NCBI GenBank assembly: GCA_963749655.1
Contig: CAVVOB010000013.1
Span: 64,001 to 128,000, forward strand
Source: Nitrospirota bacterium
Lineage (GTDB): Bacteria; Nitrospirota; UBA9217
Reading direction: 5' to 3'
DNA length: 64,000 nt
The notes beneath the pieces are model-generated. The model made no database searches, had not been told where the DNA came from, and saw nothing but the letters and a program-made list of their open reading frames with translations. Each line of letters begins with the position of its first letter. Position 1 is the stretch's first letter. Positions 8,757 through 18,900 of this stretch are shown one piece after another. Position numbers and translations under genes: made by a program.

Positions 8757-9278
8757 TTACTGCCCTGGATACGCCGATGGCGAAGGATCGTAATAGCCGG
8801 GAGGAGGCGGGGGCGGGAGCCGCCGCTCTACACGCCTGACACGCACTCCGGGAACCACATTCCCCTTGGCATACATGCACTGCTGGTATGCGATATCGTA
8901 CCGGCGCTGCGCCTCCCACCCGTAATAATGACCTGCGTTCGCGCCCTCGGAAGTCCCGACCAGAAGCCCGGTGCCGGCGCCGATTGCAGCGCCTTCGCCG
9001 GCATGACCCGACGCTGCGCCGATGACCGCTCCGATCCCTGCGCCTACGATCGTCCCTATGGCGGCCCCTGACGCGACACTTTGATTGGCCGTTTCCTGAG
9101 GACTCATCCCGATCTGCTGCCGGGCCCACGATCTGCAGACCGCGTCCTCGGCCTGGAACACTTCAAATGGCTTTCCCTGGGTCGGCAGAACCATCACGCT
9201 CGGCCCTGTGGGAAGGGTCGCACATCCGCCTGCAAAAAGCATGGCCGCGAATGCCAGAATGCTGAATTTTGATTTCAT
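8757..9278 (-). CDS. Glycine-zipper lipoprotein
   Basis: Lipoprotein signal MKSKFSILAFAAMLFAGG-C; Gly-zipper GAAIGTIVGAGIGAVIGAASG..GAAIGAGTGLLVG; YQQCMYAKG; Pro-rich tail. Confidence 0.85.
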   Translation of the reverse strand: MKSKFSILAFAAMLFAGGCATLPTGPSVMVLPTQGKPFEVFQAEDAVCRSWARQQIGMSPQETANQSVASGAAIGTIVGAGIGAVIGAASGHAGEGAAIGAGTGLLVGTSEGANAGHYYGWEAQRRYDIAYQQCMYAKGNVVPGVRVRRVERRLPPPPPPGYYDPSPSAYPGQ

Positions 9279-9285
9279 GGCAGAT

Positions 9286-9672
9286 TTACTCCTTTCCCTG
9301 CGGCGGAGCAGGATTGGGCGTAGGCACAACCTTCATCCAGCCACCAGGGCATTGCTTAACGTAGGGATAGTACGTCTTGGAATCCGGACAATAGTACCAG
9401 TAATACTCCTCAGCCGGCTGAGTCTGCTGATCATAAACAGGCGCCTGTTCCTGGATCACCACGGGCGGCCGCGGTTCGTAGGGATAGCCCCACCCAGGGC
9501 CCCATCCCCATCCGGGACCCCATCCCCATCCCGGACCCCAACCCCAACCGGGGCCCCACCCCGGTCCGATAAAGATGCCCCCTCGTATTCCAATGTGATC
9601 CGCGAATACGGGAACAGCGAGCGCAAAAATCACCACCAAAACCACGAGGATAATATAAAGACTCTTTTTCAT
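9286..9672 (-). CDS. Secreted Gly/Pro/Trp-rich protein
   Basis: Signal peptide, tandem GPGWGW repeats, C-terminal YWYYCPDSKTYYPYVKQCPGGW motif; 7 bp from the downstream Gly-zipper gene. Confidence 0.8.
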   Translation of the reverse strand: MKKSLYIILVVLVVIFALAVPVFADHIGIRGGIFIGPGWGPGWGWGPGWGWGPGWGWGPGWGYPYEPRPPVVIQEQAPVYDQQTQPAEEYYWYYCPDSKTYYPYVKQCPGGWMKVVPTPNPAPPQGKE

Positions 9673-10087
9673 AGTTCATTCCCCCTTTATGATGCAACGT
9701 TTACAGCTTCGGGGTCCCAATGTCCAGTTTCCCGTGCTTTGTATTACTTTCGTCCGGAATCGATTTTCTCCTTTATTAAATCTTAGACAACTGCGAATGC
9801 AAAAAGTTGAATCAAGACGTTTTTCCCGAGCCCCTCGTTCCCCCCGGGGCGGCCCCGGATTTGTTAGAGGCTCTCTCGTACATCCGTATCTTTTCTTTTG
9901 TACAATTTTACCGCATCAGACCTCAGGTATACAAGGTAAAAGTACCCAACCGGGGACTTAGTTACCACAACGGTTTCCTGCGCAGGGATAAGATAGTAAG
10001 CACCACGGAAACGCTGAACAGCGGTTTCCAAAGAGAGGTTTTAAAACCATGACCATCATGGCCTCTCCATGGTACAATAGTCATGCA

Positions 10088-11941
10088 ATGACTCTCGAAG
10101 AAAAACTCCAGAACCTCCCGAACGATCCGGGAGTTTATATGATGAAAGACAGCCGGGGCCACATCATCTACATCGGCAAGGCGGTTTCGCTGTCGAACCG
10201 GGTGAGTTCCTATTTCCAGAAAGGGCCGAAGGGAGAGAAGACCGAGATCATGGTGCGCCAGATCGCGGACCTCGAGACCATCGTGACCCATACCGAACTC
10301 GAGGCCCTTGTCCTGGAGTCCAATCTCATCAAGAAGCACCGGCCCCGCTACAACATCATCCTCCGAGACGACAAGAACTACCCTTACCTTCGTTTTGACA
10401 TCAGGTCCGAATATCCCCGGCTCGAAGTTGTCCGGCGGTTGAAAAAGGATGGGGCGCTTTATTACGGCCCCTACGTCCCCGCAGGCGGCATGTGGGAGTC
10501 CCTTGCGCTGATCCGCAGGACCTTTCCGCTTGCCTCATGCAGGAAAGAGCTGGGGAAGAAGCCGGAGCGCGCCTGCGTTCAGTTCCAGATCGGACGATGC
10601 CTCGGGCCGTGCACCGGCGAGGTTGACGCCGTTGCATATGCCGAGGTCGTGTCCCAGGTAAGGTTGTTCCTCGAAGGCAAGAACCGCGACCTCCTCGATA
10701 TATTAAAGAAGCATATGGAAGAGGCATCGGAGAAGCTGGAGTACGAGCGCGCTGCGGAACTGCGTGACCGGATCGCGAAGATCGAGGGGGCCTTCGAGAA
10801 GCAGAAGGTCATCTCGCCGGGGTTCGAGAACCAGGACGTGGTCGGCATCGCTTCCGAGGCGGGCCTTGCAGACATCCAGGTGCTCTTCATCAGGAACGGC
10901 ATGATGCTCGGACGGAAGGATTTCTATTTCGACGATGTTCGCGGTCTGGCTCACGAGGAAATTCTCGCCGACTTTCTGCACCAGTTTTATGCGAAGGAGA
11001 TGATCGTCCCTGCCGAGGTCCTTCTTCCCTTGGAGGTTCCGGACCGCGAGGTCTTCGGGAACTGGCTCACCGAAAAGCGGCGGGACGGCAGGGTCGATGT
11101 CCATGTTCCGCAGCGCGGCCGCAAGCGGGAACTCGTCCAGATGGCCACGGACAACGCGGCCCAGTCGCTCCGCGAACATTTCCTGTCGCGGCGGAGCAAG
11201 GAAAAGGTCCTCCTGCGCCTTCAGGAGGAGCTGGGGCTCAGAAATCTGCCGCGTAGAATAGAGGCCTTCGACATATCGCAGATCCAGGGAGCGGAAGCGG
11301 TAGCAAGCATGGTGTCGTTCGAAAACAACCTGCCGGACAAGAGGAATTACAAGCGATTCAAGATCAGGACCGTCCAGGGTCAGGACGATTTCGCGAGCAT
11401 GTCCGAGGTGATAAGCAGGAGATATATAAAAGCGAAAGAGGAAGGGGCGCTGCCGGACCTGATCCTGATCGACGGCGGCAAAGGCCAGCTCAATGCCGCA
11501 CTCGACGCGCTGAAGGAACTTCAGGTTGAGGGGCCCGATATCATCGGCCTTGCCAAGGCCCGGAGCGGCGAGGAGGGATCGGAGCGGGAGTTCGAGCGCG
11601 TGTTCCTTCCCGGCGTGGAAGAGCCGGTCATTCTCGATCCCACGAGCTCGGTCACCCATCTCGTCGCCCGGGTGCGTGATGAGGCGCACCGCTTCGCCAT
11701 CACCTATCACCGGCAGCTGCGCGCAAAAAAAGCCGTGCGCTCCGAACTGGACGACATCCCCGGCATCGGGGAGAAGAGAAAGAAGGTCCTGCTGCGCCAC
11801 TTCGGGAGTGTGGAGAAGATCAGGAGCGCCACAGAGGCTGAACTGCTTGCTGTTCCGCAGGTGACAAGGCAGGCTGCATCGGAAATACTCAATTATTTTC
11901 AAGGGGCAAGGATCGAGGGTCCAGGGTCCGGTAGCCGGTAA
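10088..11941 (+). CDS. uvrC: Excinuclease ABC subunit C
   Basis: GIY-YIG PGVYMM..IYIGKA, PRYNIILRDDKNYPY, RIEAFDIS, LIDGGKGQL, RDEAHRFAI, C-terminal HhH. Confidence 0.97.
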   Translation: MTLEEKLQNLPNDPGVYMMKDSRGHIIYIGKAVSLSNRVSSYFQKGPKGEKTEIMVRQIADLETIVTHTELEALVLESNLIKKHRPRYNIILRDDKNYPYLRFDIRSEYPRLEVVRRLKKDGALYYGPYVPAGGMWESLALIRRTFPLASCRKELGKKPERACVQFQIGRCLGPCTGEVDAVAYAEVVSQVRLFLEGKNRDLLDILKKHMEEASEKLEYERAAELRDRIAKIEGAFEKQKVISPGFENQDVVGIASEAGLADIQVLFIRNGMMLGRKDFYFDDVRGLAHEEILADFLHQFYAKEMIVPAEVLLPLEVPDREVFGNWLTEKRRDGRVDVHVPQRGRKRELVQMATDNAAQSLREHFLSRRSKEKVLLRLQEELGLRNLPRRIEAFDISQIQGAEAVASMVSFENNLPDKRNYKRFKIRTVQGQDDFASMSEVISRRYIKAKEEGALPDLILIDGGKGQLNAALDALKELQVEGPDIIGLAKARSGEEGSEREFERVFLPGVEEPVILDPTSSVTHLVARVRDEAHRFAITYHRQLRAKKAVRSELDDIPGIGEKRKKVLLRHFGSVEKIRSATEAELLAVPQVTRQAASEILNYFQGARIEGPGSGSR

Positions 11942-12040
11942 CCAGGGTCCAGGGTCCGGTAGCCAGTAGCCAGTAACCAGGGAAGCCTGGTTGTTTTCTT
12001 GACCCATGACCCTTGACCCTGGCCCCTTGACCCTGGCCCC
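11900..12040. repeat. Inverted heptamer tandem-repeat element
   Basis: About 12 heptamers (ccagggt/ccggtag/ccagtaa) 11900-11983, then complementary tgaccct/ggcccct heptamers 12000-12040. Confidence 0.85.
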
Positions 12041-12065
12041 CACACTCTTTTTTGGAGGAATACTA

Positions 12066-12884
12066 ATGACAAACGAACAGTGGCTGGAGGTTTTTAAAAA
12101 AATCGGCAGGAAAATGCGCGACGGATTGTCCGTGATCCTTGCCAAGGAAGGCGGCCTGGTGCCGCTGGGCAAGGGAGCGGGCGGCGACAAGACCTTCCCC
12201 GTTGACAGGTGGGCCGAAGACATCATCATCGCCGCGCTCGACCGGGCGCAGCGGGAGGGCGAGTCGTTCACGCTCATTTCCGAGGAGCTCGGCGTCAGGA
12301 AGTTCGGAGAGGGCGAAAAGATCGTGCTTGTCGATCCCATCGACGGGAGCAACAATGCCAAGAGCGGCATCCCGTTTTTTGCGACTTCCCTGGCGCTGTT
12401 GAACGGCAACACCCTTGATACCCTTGCAGTCGGCTACGTGACCAATCTTGCCGCCGGCGACGAGTTCTGGGCAATGCGCGGCAGCGGCGCATACCGGAAT
12501 GATGCACGGATACGGACCTCCGCGACGCAGGGGATTACGATCGCGGCCTACGAGGCCTCGTCTCCGGCAACGGACATACCGAAGATCCTTCCGCTGATCG
12601 CACAAGCCAGGCGCACGCGCTGTTTCGGCTCCACGGCGCTGGATCTCGCCTATCTTGCATCCGGCGCCATCAGCGTGTTCGCCACGGCGACAGCGTCGCG
12701 TACGTTTGACTATGCAGCGGGCATGCTGATACTGGAAGAAGCCGACGGGGTGATCACCGATCTCGAAGGGACATCGCTCGACCATATTGTCGTCGGGCTG
12801 GAAAGGACGGTTCCTCTCCTCGCAAGCAAGAACGATGCGACGCACGTCATGGCCCTGAATGCTCTGAGCGCACGACTCCGGTAG
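12066..12884 (+). CDS. Inositol monophosphatase / fructose-1,6-bisphosphatase family protein
   Basis: GAGGDKT, ISEE, DPIDGSNN, GSTALDL, FDYAAG motifs; GGAGG RBS. Confidence 0.9.
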   Translation: MTNEQWLEVFKKIGRKMRDGLSVILAKEGGLVPLGKGAGGDKTFPVDRWAEDIIIAALDRAQREGESFTLISEELGVRKFGEGEKIVLVDPIDGSNNAKSGIPFFATSLALLNGNTLDTLAVGYVTNLAAGDEFWAMRGSGAYRNDARIRTSATQGITIAAYEASSPATDIPKILPLIAQARRTRCFGSTALDLAYLASGAISVFATATASRTFDYAAGMLILEEADGVITDLEGTSLDHIVVGLERTVPLLASKNDATHVMALNALSARLR

Positions 12885-12911
12885 CGGTCCTTCTCAGACT
12901 CAGCAGACATA

Positions 12912-12940
12912 TTGACATGCCTCGCTTTTTATGCAATTAT
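12912..12940 (+). promoter_or_regulatory. Probable sigma70 promoter directly ahead of the mglA-like ATG
   Basis: TTGACA-17 nt-AATTAT with TG extension; 5 nt between the -10 and the ATG, no SD. Confidence 0.5.
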
Positions 12941-12945
12941 GAAGC

Positions 12946-13872
12946 ATGGCCCTCGTAAATCACACCACGCGTGAGATCAATGCAAAGATCGTATACTACG
13001 GTCCCGGCCTCTGCGGGAAGACGACCAACATCCATCTGATCTATCACCGGATCGCGCCGAACCAGCGGGGAAAGCTCATCTCCCTGGCAACGGAGACGGA
13101 CCGGACGCTTTTTTTCGACTTTCTTCCCGTGGAGCTGGGAAGCATCAAGAACTACAAGGTCCGGTTCCATCTCTATACGGTGCCCGGGCAGGTGTTCTAC
13201 AACGCAACGCGAAAGCTCGTGCTCAAGGGCGCAGACGGCGTCATTTTCGTGGCCGATTCCCAGCGGGCCATGCTGGACGCCAACTTGGAGAGCTTCGCGA
13301 ATCTCCGCGACAATTTTGCGGAGCAGGGCGTGAACCTTGCGGAGTTCCCCGTGGTGATCCAGTATAACAAGCGCGACCTGCCGGACATCCTTTCGATCGA
13401 CGAACTGAATGCATCGCTGAATCCGAGGTCCGTGCCGTACTACGAAGCTGTCGCGAAGACGGGCGACGGCGTGCTCAAGACGTTTACCGCCATTTCCAAG
13501 CTCGTCCTGCAGGACATGCAGAAATTCCCCGAGCGGCACAACTTCACGCTGAGCGATATCGCCGCCAAGACCGAGAAGCGCGCAGCGCCTACGGTCAACG
13601 AGCTCATGCAGGAGCTCCCGCCGGAAGAACCGTCGATGCCGGGTGCGCCCATGGCGGAGGCCAAGCCGGAGATGGCCGCACTGGAAAAGGCCGTCGATGC
13701 CGGCGTAACGGTAACTCTCGGGAAGGCCGTTGTGGAGAACAGCGGAATTATCCTGCCCTTCGGCGTGGTGATGGGAGAGCGTGAGGACCAGTATCAGCTT
13801 CATGTCGCCATCGACATGGAGGCTCCGATGGCCAAGCGGTTCAGGATCGTCGTCAAGAACTTCAAGAAGTGA
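12946..13872 (+). CDS. mglA: MglA-family small GTPase with ~110-aa C-terminal extension
   Basis: KIVYYGPGLCGKTTN, TETDRTLFFD, TVPGQVFYNATRKLVLKGADG, QYNKRD. Confidence 0.85.
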   Translation: MALVNHTTREINAKIVYYGPGLCGKTTNIHLIYHRIAPNQRGKLISLATETDRTLFFDFLPVELGSIKNYKVRFHLYTVPGQVFYNATRKLVLKGADGVIFVADSQRAMLDANLESFANLRDNFAEQGVNLAEFPVVIQYNKRDLPDILSIDELNASLNPRSVPYYEAVAKTGDGVLKTFTAISKLVLQDMQKFPERHNFTLSDIAAKTEKRAAPTVNELMQELPPEEPSMPGAPMAEAKPEMAALEKAVDAGVTVTLGKAVVENSGIILPFGVVMGEREDQYQLHVAIDMEAPMAKRFRIVVKNFKK

Positions 13873-13958
13873 CGGTCGCGCCCGCGCCATTGCGCGGCAT
13901 GCAGCGGGCGCGGGAAATCCGGCAGAACCGGGGCCTTCGGCACAAACAACGAGGTACT

Positions 13959-14672
13959 ATGTCCAAGGTGACAGCACTCATTCCCGCAGCAGGCATGGGA
14001 AAGCGCATGGGCAAAACCGTCGCGAAGCAGTTCCTTCCTCTCGGAGACAAGCCCATGCTGGCGCATACGCTCCTCATGTTCCAGCGTTCGACCGATGTCG
14101 ACGAGATCATTCCCATCCTTTCCCAGGAGGACATGGAAACCTGCCTCCGGGACATCATCGAGGCATACCATATCACCAAAGTGAAGACGCTTGTCGTCGG
14201 CGGGAAGGAGCGTCAGGACTCGGTGTCCAACGGGCTGCAGAAACTCGAGAAGGATGCCGCTATCGTGCTCGTTCATGACGGGGTCAGGCCGTTCGTGACC
14301 GCGGAGATGATCAAGGACGCGGTGGACCATGCGAAAAAAGGCGAGTGCGTTGCCGTGGGGGTGCCGATCAAGGACACGATCAAGGAAGTGAATGATAAGG
14401 GCCTCGTTCGCAGTACTCTGGAACGGAGCCGGCTGTGGGCGATTCAGACGCCCCAGGCCTTTCCCGTGAAAGCCCTTAAACGCGCCTATGAAGAAGCCAA
14501 GAACCGGCACGTGTACGGGACCGATGACGCAACGCTCGTGGAAAAGTCGGGAGTCGCGGTCCGGGTCATCATGGGGAGCTACGAGAACATAAAAATCACG
14601 ACGCCGGAAGACCTTCTGGTGGCGGAGGAAATACTCAAGAGGCGTTACGATGCGGATCGGCACAGGGTATGA
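13959..14672 (+). CDS. ispD: 2-C-methyl-D-erythritol 4-phosphate cytidylyltransferase
   Basis: [46 protein letters not shown]. Confidence 0.97.
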   Translation: MSKVTALIPAAGMGKRMGKTVAKQFLPLGDKPMLAHTLLMFQRSTDVDEIIPILSQEDMETCLRDIIEAYHITKVKTLVVGGKERQDSVSNGLQKLEKDAAIVLVHDGVRPFVTAEMIKDAVDHAKKGECVAVGVPIKDTIKEVNDKGLVRSTLERSRLWAIQTPQAFPVKALKRAYEEAKNRHVYGTDDATLVEKSGVAVRVIMGSYENIKITTPEDLLVAEEILKRRYDADRHRV

Positions 14673-15126
14673 TGTTCACCGGCTTGTTGAGGGCCGGAAA
14701 CTCATCCTCGGCGGCGTGGAGATTGCTGCCGAAAAGGGACTGCTCGGCCATTCCGATGCCGACGTCTTGCTGCATGCGATCTGCGATGCGTTGCTCGGGG
14801 CCGGAGGGCTGGGAGATATCGGCAGGCATTTCCCCGATTCGGCACCGAAATACAAAGGAATTTCCAGTCTCGTCCTGCTCGAGGATGTACGACGCCTCCT
14901 TGCAGAGGCGGGATATCGGATAAACAATATCGACGCGATTATTGTCGCAGAGCGGCCGAAAATGGCTCCGCACATCCCCGAAATGGTCGCCAACATCTCT
15001 GCGGCAGTGCAGGTCGACCGGGCGGCAATCAATGTCAAGGCAACCACCACGGAGGGGCTTGGCTTTGCCGGCAGAGGCGAGGGAATGGCGGCCTATGCCG
15101 TTTGTACGATCAAAAAAACGGAATGA
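14650..15126 (+). CDS. ispF: 2-C-methyl-D-erythritol 2,4-cyclodiphosphate synthase
   Basis: [38 protein letters not shown]. Confidence 0.97.
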   Translation: MRIGTGYDVHRLVEGRKLILGGVEIAAEKGLLGHSDADVLLHAICDALLGAGGLGDIGRHFPDSAPKYKGISSLVLLEDVRRLLAEAGYRINNIDAIIVAERPKMAPHIPEMVANISAAVQVDRAAINVKATTTEGLGFAGRGEGMAAYAVCTIKKTE

Positions 15127-15725
15127 CTATGCGGACGATCATCCTTACGACATTTCTTCTTCTGACAACGGTGTCCCCGATTTTCTCGCAAGCAGCGGAT
15201 CAGCCAGGCGGTTCGGAAGAAGAGAATCAGGAAGAAAAAAAGAGCTACTTTTACCAGTGGACGGACAGCAAGGGCGTGGTCCATATCACGGATGGACTGG
15301 GGAAGGTTCCTGAGAAGTATCGGTCGCGCGCGAAGAAACTGGAGGTCCTGCCCGGCGAGGATATCGGCGGCCGGGGCGGACAGGGTGAATATGTTCAACC
15401 CTTTGATTCCAGGGCGCAGCAAGAAAGTGAGCAGGACCTGAAACAGGAGTGGCAGCTCCGAATGAAAGAAGCGAAGCAGCGGCTTTTAGGTGCCGAGCAG
15501 CGCTACCGCGAGCTCAAAAAAAAGAAGGACGAACTGCTCGAAAAGTGGGGTGGGGTGGCTGCATTGGAATCCGGCCATTTCGAAGGACGGGCAGAGGCGG
15601 AGCGCCTTGATGAGGAAATGAAACAGGCACAGCGGGAAATCGACAGCGCCCGGAATGAGATCGAGGTTGTGATCCCGGACGAGGCGCGCAAGGCAAGCAT
15701 CCCGCCTGGATGGCTGAGAGAATAG
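15123..15725 (+). CDS. DUF4124-domain secreted protein with coiled coil
   Basis: Signal peptide; [15 protein letters not shown] motif; ends [13 protein letters not shown]. Confidence 0.8.
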   Translation: MTMRTIILTTFLLLTTVSPIFSQAADQPGGSEEENQEEKKSYFYQWTDSKGVVHITDGLGKVPEKYRSRAKKLEVLPGEDIGGRGGQGEYVQPFDSRAQQESEQDLKQEWQLRMKEAKQRLLGAEQRYRELKKKKDELLEKWGGVAALESGHFEGRAEAERLDEEMKQAQREIDSARNEIEVVIPDEARKASIPPGWLRE

Positions 15726-15729
15726 TCAG

Positions 15730-15800
15730 ATTGCGGATTGCGAATTTCGGATTGTGAATTGAAAATCAGGTTCCGAAATATGCAATCCGCAATCCGCAAT
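15730..15800. repeat. Inverted heptamer tandem-repeat element
   Basis: attgcgg/attgcga/atttcgg/attgtga ... ttccgaa/atatgca/atccgca/atccgca. Confidence 0.85.
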
Positions 15801-15806
15801 GTGAAG

Positions 15807-16460
15807 ATGATCGAAACTTTTCGAAAAATCAAGAGAGATTTCCGCGCAGCGCTTTCCATGGACCCGGCGGCAACGAGCAAGCTGGAGGTTGCACTTACCT
15901 ATTCCGGTTTTCACGCACTTCTCTTCTACCGCTTTGCTCACTGGATGGGGAAGAAGCGAATTCCCTTTTGCCCGCGGGCGTTCTCTCAGTTTGCGCGGTT
16001 CCTGACCGGCATCGAGATACATCCCGGTGCAGTGATCGGCTCCGGCCTGTTCATTGACCATGGAATGGGTGTGGTGATCGGTGAGACCACGGAGATCGGA
16101 GACAGTGTCACTCTTTTTCAGGGTGTGACGCTCGGAGGGACCGGCAAGCAGCGGGGAAAGCGTCATCCCACCCTCGGCAGTCATGTAGTGGTCGGCGCGG
16201 GCGCAAAAGTGCTCGGCCCGATAAAGATCGGCGACTATGTCAAAATCGGGGCGAATTCAGTAGTTTTGCAGGATGTTCCCGACCACTCCACTGTGGTCGG
16301 GATTCCCGGCAGAATCGTACGCATCAAGGACGAACGTGTGGCTGACGACGCGCTCATGGACCATATTCATATCCCGGACCCGATTGCGGACCGGCTGATC
16401 GACCTGCAGGTGCAGATAGATACGCTGAGAAGAGAGTTGGACAGCCTGAAGAAAGAATAA
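15807..16460 (+). CDS. cysE: Serine O-acetyltransferase
   Basis: [43 protein letters not shown]. Confidence 0.96.
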   Translation: MIETFRKIKRDFRAALSMDPAATSKLEVALTYSGFHALLFYRFAHWMGKKRIPFCPRAFSQFARFLTGIEIHPGAVIGSGLFIDHGMGVVIGETTEIGDSVTLFQGVTLGGTGKQRGKRHPTLGSHVVVGAGAKVLGPIKIGDYVKIGANSVVLQDVPDHSTVVGIPGRIVRIKDERVADDALMDHIHIPDPIADRLIDLQVQIDTLRRELDSLKKE

Positions 16461-16502
16461 TGCGCTGTCCGCTCCGGGGGAGGGCGAACGGAGATCCGGT
16501 CT

Positions 16503-16922
16503 CTATGCGTCCACGATCCTGTAGCTGTGGGTGATCGTTCCGGCTTTGGCGAGCGTGGCGCCGACCGAACAGTATTTGTCCAACGACAAGGTAATGGCCC
16601 GTTCGACTGCTTCTTTTTCAATCCCCTTGCCTTTCACGATGTACTCAATGTGAACTGTCTTGTAAATTTTCGGATAGTCCTCTGTCTTTTCACCCTTCAC
16701 ATTAATTTCAAGACCGCTTACGTTCTGCCGCTTTTTCCGGAGAATCGATATTACATCCATGCCTGAGCAACCGCCGAATCCGACGAGCAGCAGTTCCATG
16801 GGCCGGAATCCCGCGTTGCGGCCCCCTGACGCATCATCAGCATCCATGGTGAGTGTGTGTCCGGATGTCGCTTCTCCGTTGAATTGCATATCTTGAATGA
16901 GTGTGACTTTTGCTTCGACCAT
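16503..16922 (-). CDS. OsmC/YhfA family protein
   Basis: GFRPMELLL..GGCSGMDV and SLDKYCSV Cys motifs. Confidence 0.9.
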   Translation of the reverse strand: MVEAKVTLIQDMQFNGEATSGHTLTMDADDASGGRNAGFRPMELLLVGFGGCSGMDVISILRKKRQNVSGLEINVKGEKTEDYPKIYKTVHIEYIVKGKGIEKEAVERAITLSLDKYCSVGATLAKAGTITHSYRIVDA

Positions 16923-17256
16923 AATTGGGTTCCTTTCATTCTCTGAAATCTCCGCAAGGGAGTTTTTTTATGTTATCAGAAGTCCGCTGAAGGTGTCAAT
17001 CGTGATAGCTCGCGCATGAATTCGTCTTTTCTGGGACTTATGACCTTGAAGTGTGCTTGAGATTATGCATTTTATTTGGTAAAAATGCCAAATATTGAAT
17101 TACTGAGTATTTACTACTTGTAATCAATTGCTTAACATGAATTCTGTAAAATTTTATGGTAATTAGGCCATGATTGAGATGAATAGGTATGGTTACTAAA
17201 AAATCTAAGATTATGATTAATAAATAGATTGTGCATGTAGATTATAATGATTGTTC

Positions 17257-17272
17257 TGGCTGTTAACTTGCA
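17257..17272 (+). promoter_or_regulatory. Possible sigma54 -24/-12 element upstream of dsrA
   Basis: TGGCTGTTAACTTGCA with GG-N10-GC spacing, in an AT-rich region. Confidence 0.35.
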
Positions 17273-17398
17273 GGATAATATGCCTCGACCTAAGGCTTCT
17301 ATCATACATACTTAAGTATTTGTTTTATTTAGTGGTCCTCTTTAATATTCATAACCCTGTAAATTATGACCCATTATGATGCAATTAGTTTTTTTTAT

Positions 17399-17427
17399 TT
17401 GACTAATAAGGATAGTGCACTTACAAT
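17399..17427 (+). promoter_or_regulatory. Probable sigma70 promoter of the dsr operon
   Basis: TTGACT-17 nt-TACAAT preceded by a T-rich tract; ~250 nt upstream of dsrA. Confidence 0.65.
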
Positions 17428-17679
17428 CTGATGTCTTAATCATTATGGCTGACAGTATGCTTTGCTGGTCTACAGGTCAACAACCCGCCGAGCCAATAAT
17501 TCTATATCCCGGTTACTTTTTCAGAAAGGGGGGACCGCAACCTTACAGGAAATACATTTCTGATGCAGTTCCAGAGAACGATGGTCAGTTGTTTCCATGG
17601 TTCAGTTCCGGTGATGCATTCGTATCTCGACTACAGTTCGCATAATTCGTGAGATAAATCTATAAGGAGGATTTCCTAA

Positions 17680-18858
17680 ATGAGCAATGATGGTAAAACA
17701 CCGATGCTTGACGACCTTGAAAAAGGCGCATGGCCGAGTTTCGTAAAGGAGATCAAAAAAGCCGCGAAGACCAGCAATACGGCAAAAGATCTGCTCGGCA
17801 TCCTTGAGAGATCATACAGGGACAAAGTCACCCACTGGAAGCACGGGGGTATCGTGGGCGTCCTCGGTTACGGCGGCGGCGTTATCGGCCGTTACTGCGA
17901 CCTGCCTGAAGAATACCCCGGCGTGGCGCATTTCCATACCGTGCGTATCAATCCCCCGTCCGGATTTTTCTATACCTCCAAAGCAATGAAAGAGCTGTGC
18001 GATATCTGGGACAAGTACGGCAGCGGTCTCACGAACACGCACGGTTCCACGGGCGACCTCGTGTGGCTCGGAACCCAGACCGACAAGCTTGAGCCCATTT
18101 TCGCAGAAATCACCGCAAAGGGCTGGGACCTCGGCGGCTCCGGTTCCTGCCTCCGCACCCCGAGCTCCTGCGTGGGCATGGCCCGCTGCGAATATGCAAA
18201 CATCGACACCATGTCGATCTGCCACACCATGACCCAGAAATTCCAGGACGAGCTTCATCGTCCCGCCTTCCCCTACAAGTTCAAGATCAAAGTCTCCGGC
18301 TGCCCCAACGACTGCACTGCGTCGATTGCCCGCGCCGACATGTCCATCATCGGCACCTGGAGGGACAATATCCGGATCGATGCCGCAGAAGTGAAGAACT
18401 ATGCAAAGAGCATGGACATCAAGACCGAAGTGGCCGATATGTGCCCGACCAAGTGCATCAGCTTCGACGGCAGCACGCTCAAGATCAACGACAAGGACTG
18501 CACGCGCTGCATGCACTGCATCAACCGCATGCCCAAAGCCCTGCGTCCCGGCAAAGACAAGGGCGCCACGATCATGCTCGGCGGCAAAGCCCCGATCGTG
18601 ACCGGCGCTCTCATGAGCTGGGTCCTCGTGCCCTTCATGAAGCTCGAAGCACCCTTTGACAATCTGGAAGACCTCATCCGCAAGCTCTGGGAATGGTGGG
18701 ATGAGCACGGAAAGAACCGCGAGCGTATCGGCGAGCTCGTTGACCGCATGGGCATGAGATCCATGCTTGAATCGACCGGCCTCCCGCCGGTACCGCAGAT
18801 GGTCAAGGCCCCGAGGTCCAACCCCTACGTGTTCTGGGCGCCGGGCGAAGTGAAGTAG
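17680..18858 (+). CDS. dsrA: Dissimilatory sulfite reductase alpha subunit
   Basis: GAWPSFV, THWKHGGIVGVLGYGGGVIGRY, CVGMARC, FPYKFKIK.SGCPNDC, CTRCMHCIN. Confidence 0.98.
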   Translation: MSNDGKTPMLDDLEKGAWPSFVKEIKKAAKTSNTAKDLLGILERSYRDKVTHWKHGGIVGVLGYGGGVIGRYCDLPEEYPGVAHFHTVRINPPSGFFYTSKAMKELCDIWDKYGSGLTNTHGSTGDLVWLGTQTDKLEPIFAEITAKGWDLGGSGSCLRTPSSCVGMARCEYANIDTMSICHTMTQKFQDELHRPAFPYKFKIKVSGCPNDCTASIARADMSIIGTWRDNIRIDAAEVKNYAKSMDIKTEVADMCPTKCISFDGSTLKINDKDCTRCMHCINRMPKALRPGKDKGATIMLGGKAPIVTGALMSWVLVPFMKLEAPFDNLEDLIRKLWEWWDEHGKNRERIGELVDRMGMRSMLESTGLPPVPQMVKAPRSNPYVFWAPGEVK

Positions 18859-18900
18859 TCGAGACTAATTTAAGAATAATTCCAAGGAGGGAAACTCAGA

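Noticed and set aside
11900-12040. Possible CRISPR array in the short repeats here and at other junctions
   Set aside because: Units are 7-10 nt, directly tandem, without unique spacers; no cas genes in the window.
10703-12412. 569-aa minus-strand ORF and similar long antisense ORFs over dsr, murJ and leuS
   Set aside because: Shadow frames of GC-rich genes on the opposite strand, with no recognisable motifs.
16923-17400. AT-rich tract as a replication origin
   Set aside because: No clustered DnaA boxes (TTATCCACA) recognised and no dnaA/dnaN/gidA context.
17415-17645. 76-aa ORF upstream of dsrA
   Set aside because: GTG start overlaps the predicted promoter; no RBS or motifs; more likely an untranslated leader.
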